Shown in pieces: positions 31,600 through 32,000 of a stretch of 32,000 bases of DNA (its first letter is position 1; each line of letters begins with the position of its first letter). The notes below the pieces were generated by a model that ran no database searches, was not told the DNA's origin, and saw only the letters and a list, made by a program, of their open reading frames with translations. The translations under genes and the position numbers were made by a program. This stretch comes from Candidatus Kuenenia stuttgartensis (GTDB lineage: Bacteria > Planctomycetota > Brocadiia > Brocadiales > Brocadiaceae), in contig NZ_LT934425.1 in the NCBI RefSeq assembly GCF_900232105.1, positions 3,540,001 through 3,572,000 on the forward strand, read 5' to 3'.

Positions 31600-32000
31600 G
31601 TGACAGAGCCAATGATTACTTGTCCGAAATGCCAGACTGCGATTAAGCTGACAGAATCGCTTGCGGCGCCGATCGTCGAGTCCGCCCGTCGCGAGTATGA
31701 GCAACGTCTGGCACAGAAAGACGCTGACATCGCCAAACGCGAAACCTTGCTTTGTGAGCGTGAAAAAGAGATTGTCAGGGCAAAAGAGGCTATTGACGGA
31801 CAGGTCGCAGAGAAACTGCGTCAGGAGCGCGACAGGATAGTTGCTGAAGAATCCAGGAAGGCCAAGCTTGCACTTGCTGCCGACTTTGAGCAAAAACGAA
31901 AGGAACTTGCCGATCTTCAGGAAGTGCTCAAACAGAGGGACGAGAAACTTGCCGAGGCGCAGAAGGCGCAGGCTGAAGTCTTGAGAAGGCAGCGGGAACT
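31600..32000 (+). CDS. DUF2130-family protein (N-terminal CPxC zinc ribbon plus long coiled coil), 5' part only; continues past the window end
   Basis: Not in the ORF track because no stop is reached. The frame reads (V)TEPMITCPKCQTAIKLTESLAAPIVESARREYEQRLAQKDADIAKRETLLCEREKEIVRAKEAIDGQVAEKLRQERDRIVAEESRKAKLALAADFEQKRKELADLQEVLKQRDEKLAEAQKAQAEVLRRQRE. GTG 31600 is 5 nt after AGGAGA. Alternative starts are ATG 31612 and ATG 31510. Confidence 0.65.
   Translation, partial: MTEPMITCPKCQTAIKLTESLAAPIVESARREYEQRLAQKDADIAKRETLLCEREKEIVRAKEAIDGQVAEKLRQERDRIVAEESRKAKLALAADFEQKRKELADLQEVLKQRDEKLAEAQKAQAEVLRRQRE

Noticed and set aside
31249-31893. 214-aa minus-strand ORF (and the nested 80-aa ORF at 31494-31736)
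   Set aside because: It is antisense to a much more protein-like + strand frame (the DUF2130 zinc ribbon plus coiled coil). It is Cys/Leu/Ser-rich with no motifs, and its 3' part runs through repeat-element fragments.

Overview
This is a bacterial chromosomal window of about 41-42% GC by eye. I support 24 protein-coding genes plus one weak small ORF. I recognised no rRNA, tRNA or CRISPR array.

Gene order:
- 3' end of a surface protein with an Ig-like domain (+)
- folD (-)
- secreted GlcG/HbpS-like DUF336 protein, pepA, uvrA (+)
- a minimal type II secretion / pseudopilin cluster: gspH-like, gspG, gspE (-)
- stand-alone receiver, a kinase-less Cache-type membrane sensor carrying a CXXCH motif, and a stand-alone PAS protein (+)
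- narK-type nitrate/nitrite porter immediately followed by a TehA/SLAC1-family anion-channel homologue (+)
- SDR epimerase, MidA-type methyltransferase, small rubrerythrin-like protein (+)
- a complete IS1634-family insertion
- a 2-oxoacid dehydrogenase operon (E1 alpha, E1 beta, E2, lipB) split between E1 alpha and E1 beta by a phage-CI/S24-type repressor gene and repeat elements
- a 1128-aa cytoplasmic hybrid histidine kinase
- the 5' part of a DUF2130 gene running off the window. This gene is not in the ORF track.

The coding content is mostly housekeeping, and I see no canonical defence system. The unusual part is the non-coding architecture:
1. Almost every intergenic spacer carries tandem heptanucleotide arrays in strict 7-bp register.
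2. At least two families of MITE-like palindromic elements share GTAAC termini. They have interchangeable hairpin cores and 8-bp flanking duplications that equal the local heptamer unit.
3. A 56-bp near-perfect inverted repeat encloses exactly the E1 alpha gene.

The most interesting coding candidates are the receiver / haem-motif Cache sensor / PAS / NarK / TehA-like block and the split dehydrogenase operon.

Gene content and composition are compatible with a planctomycete or anammox-type anaerobe, but that is only a guess. All protein calls rest on motifs I recognise by eye. No database search was possible.
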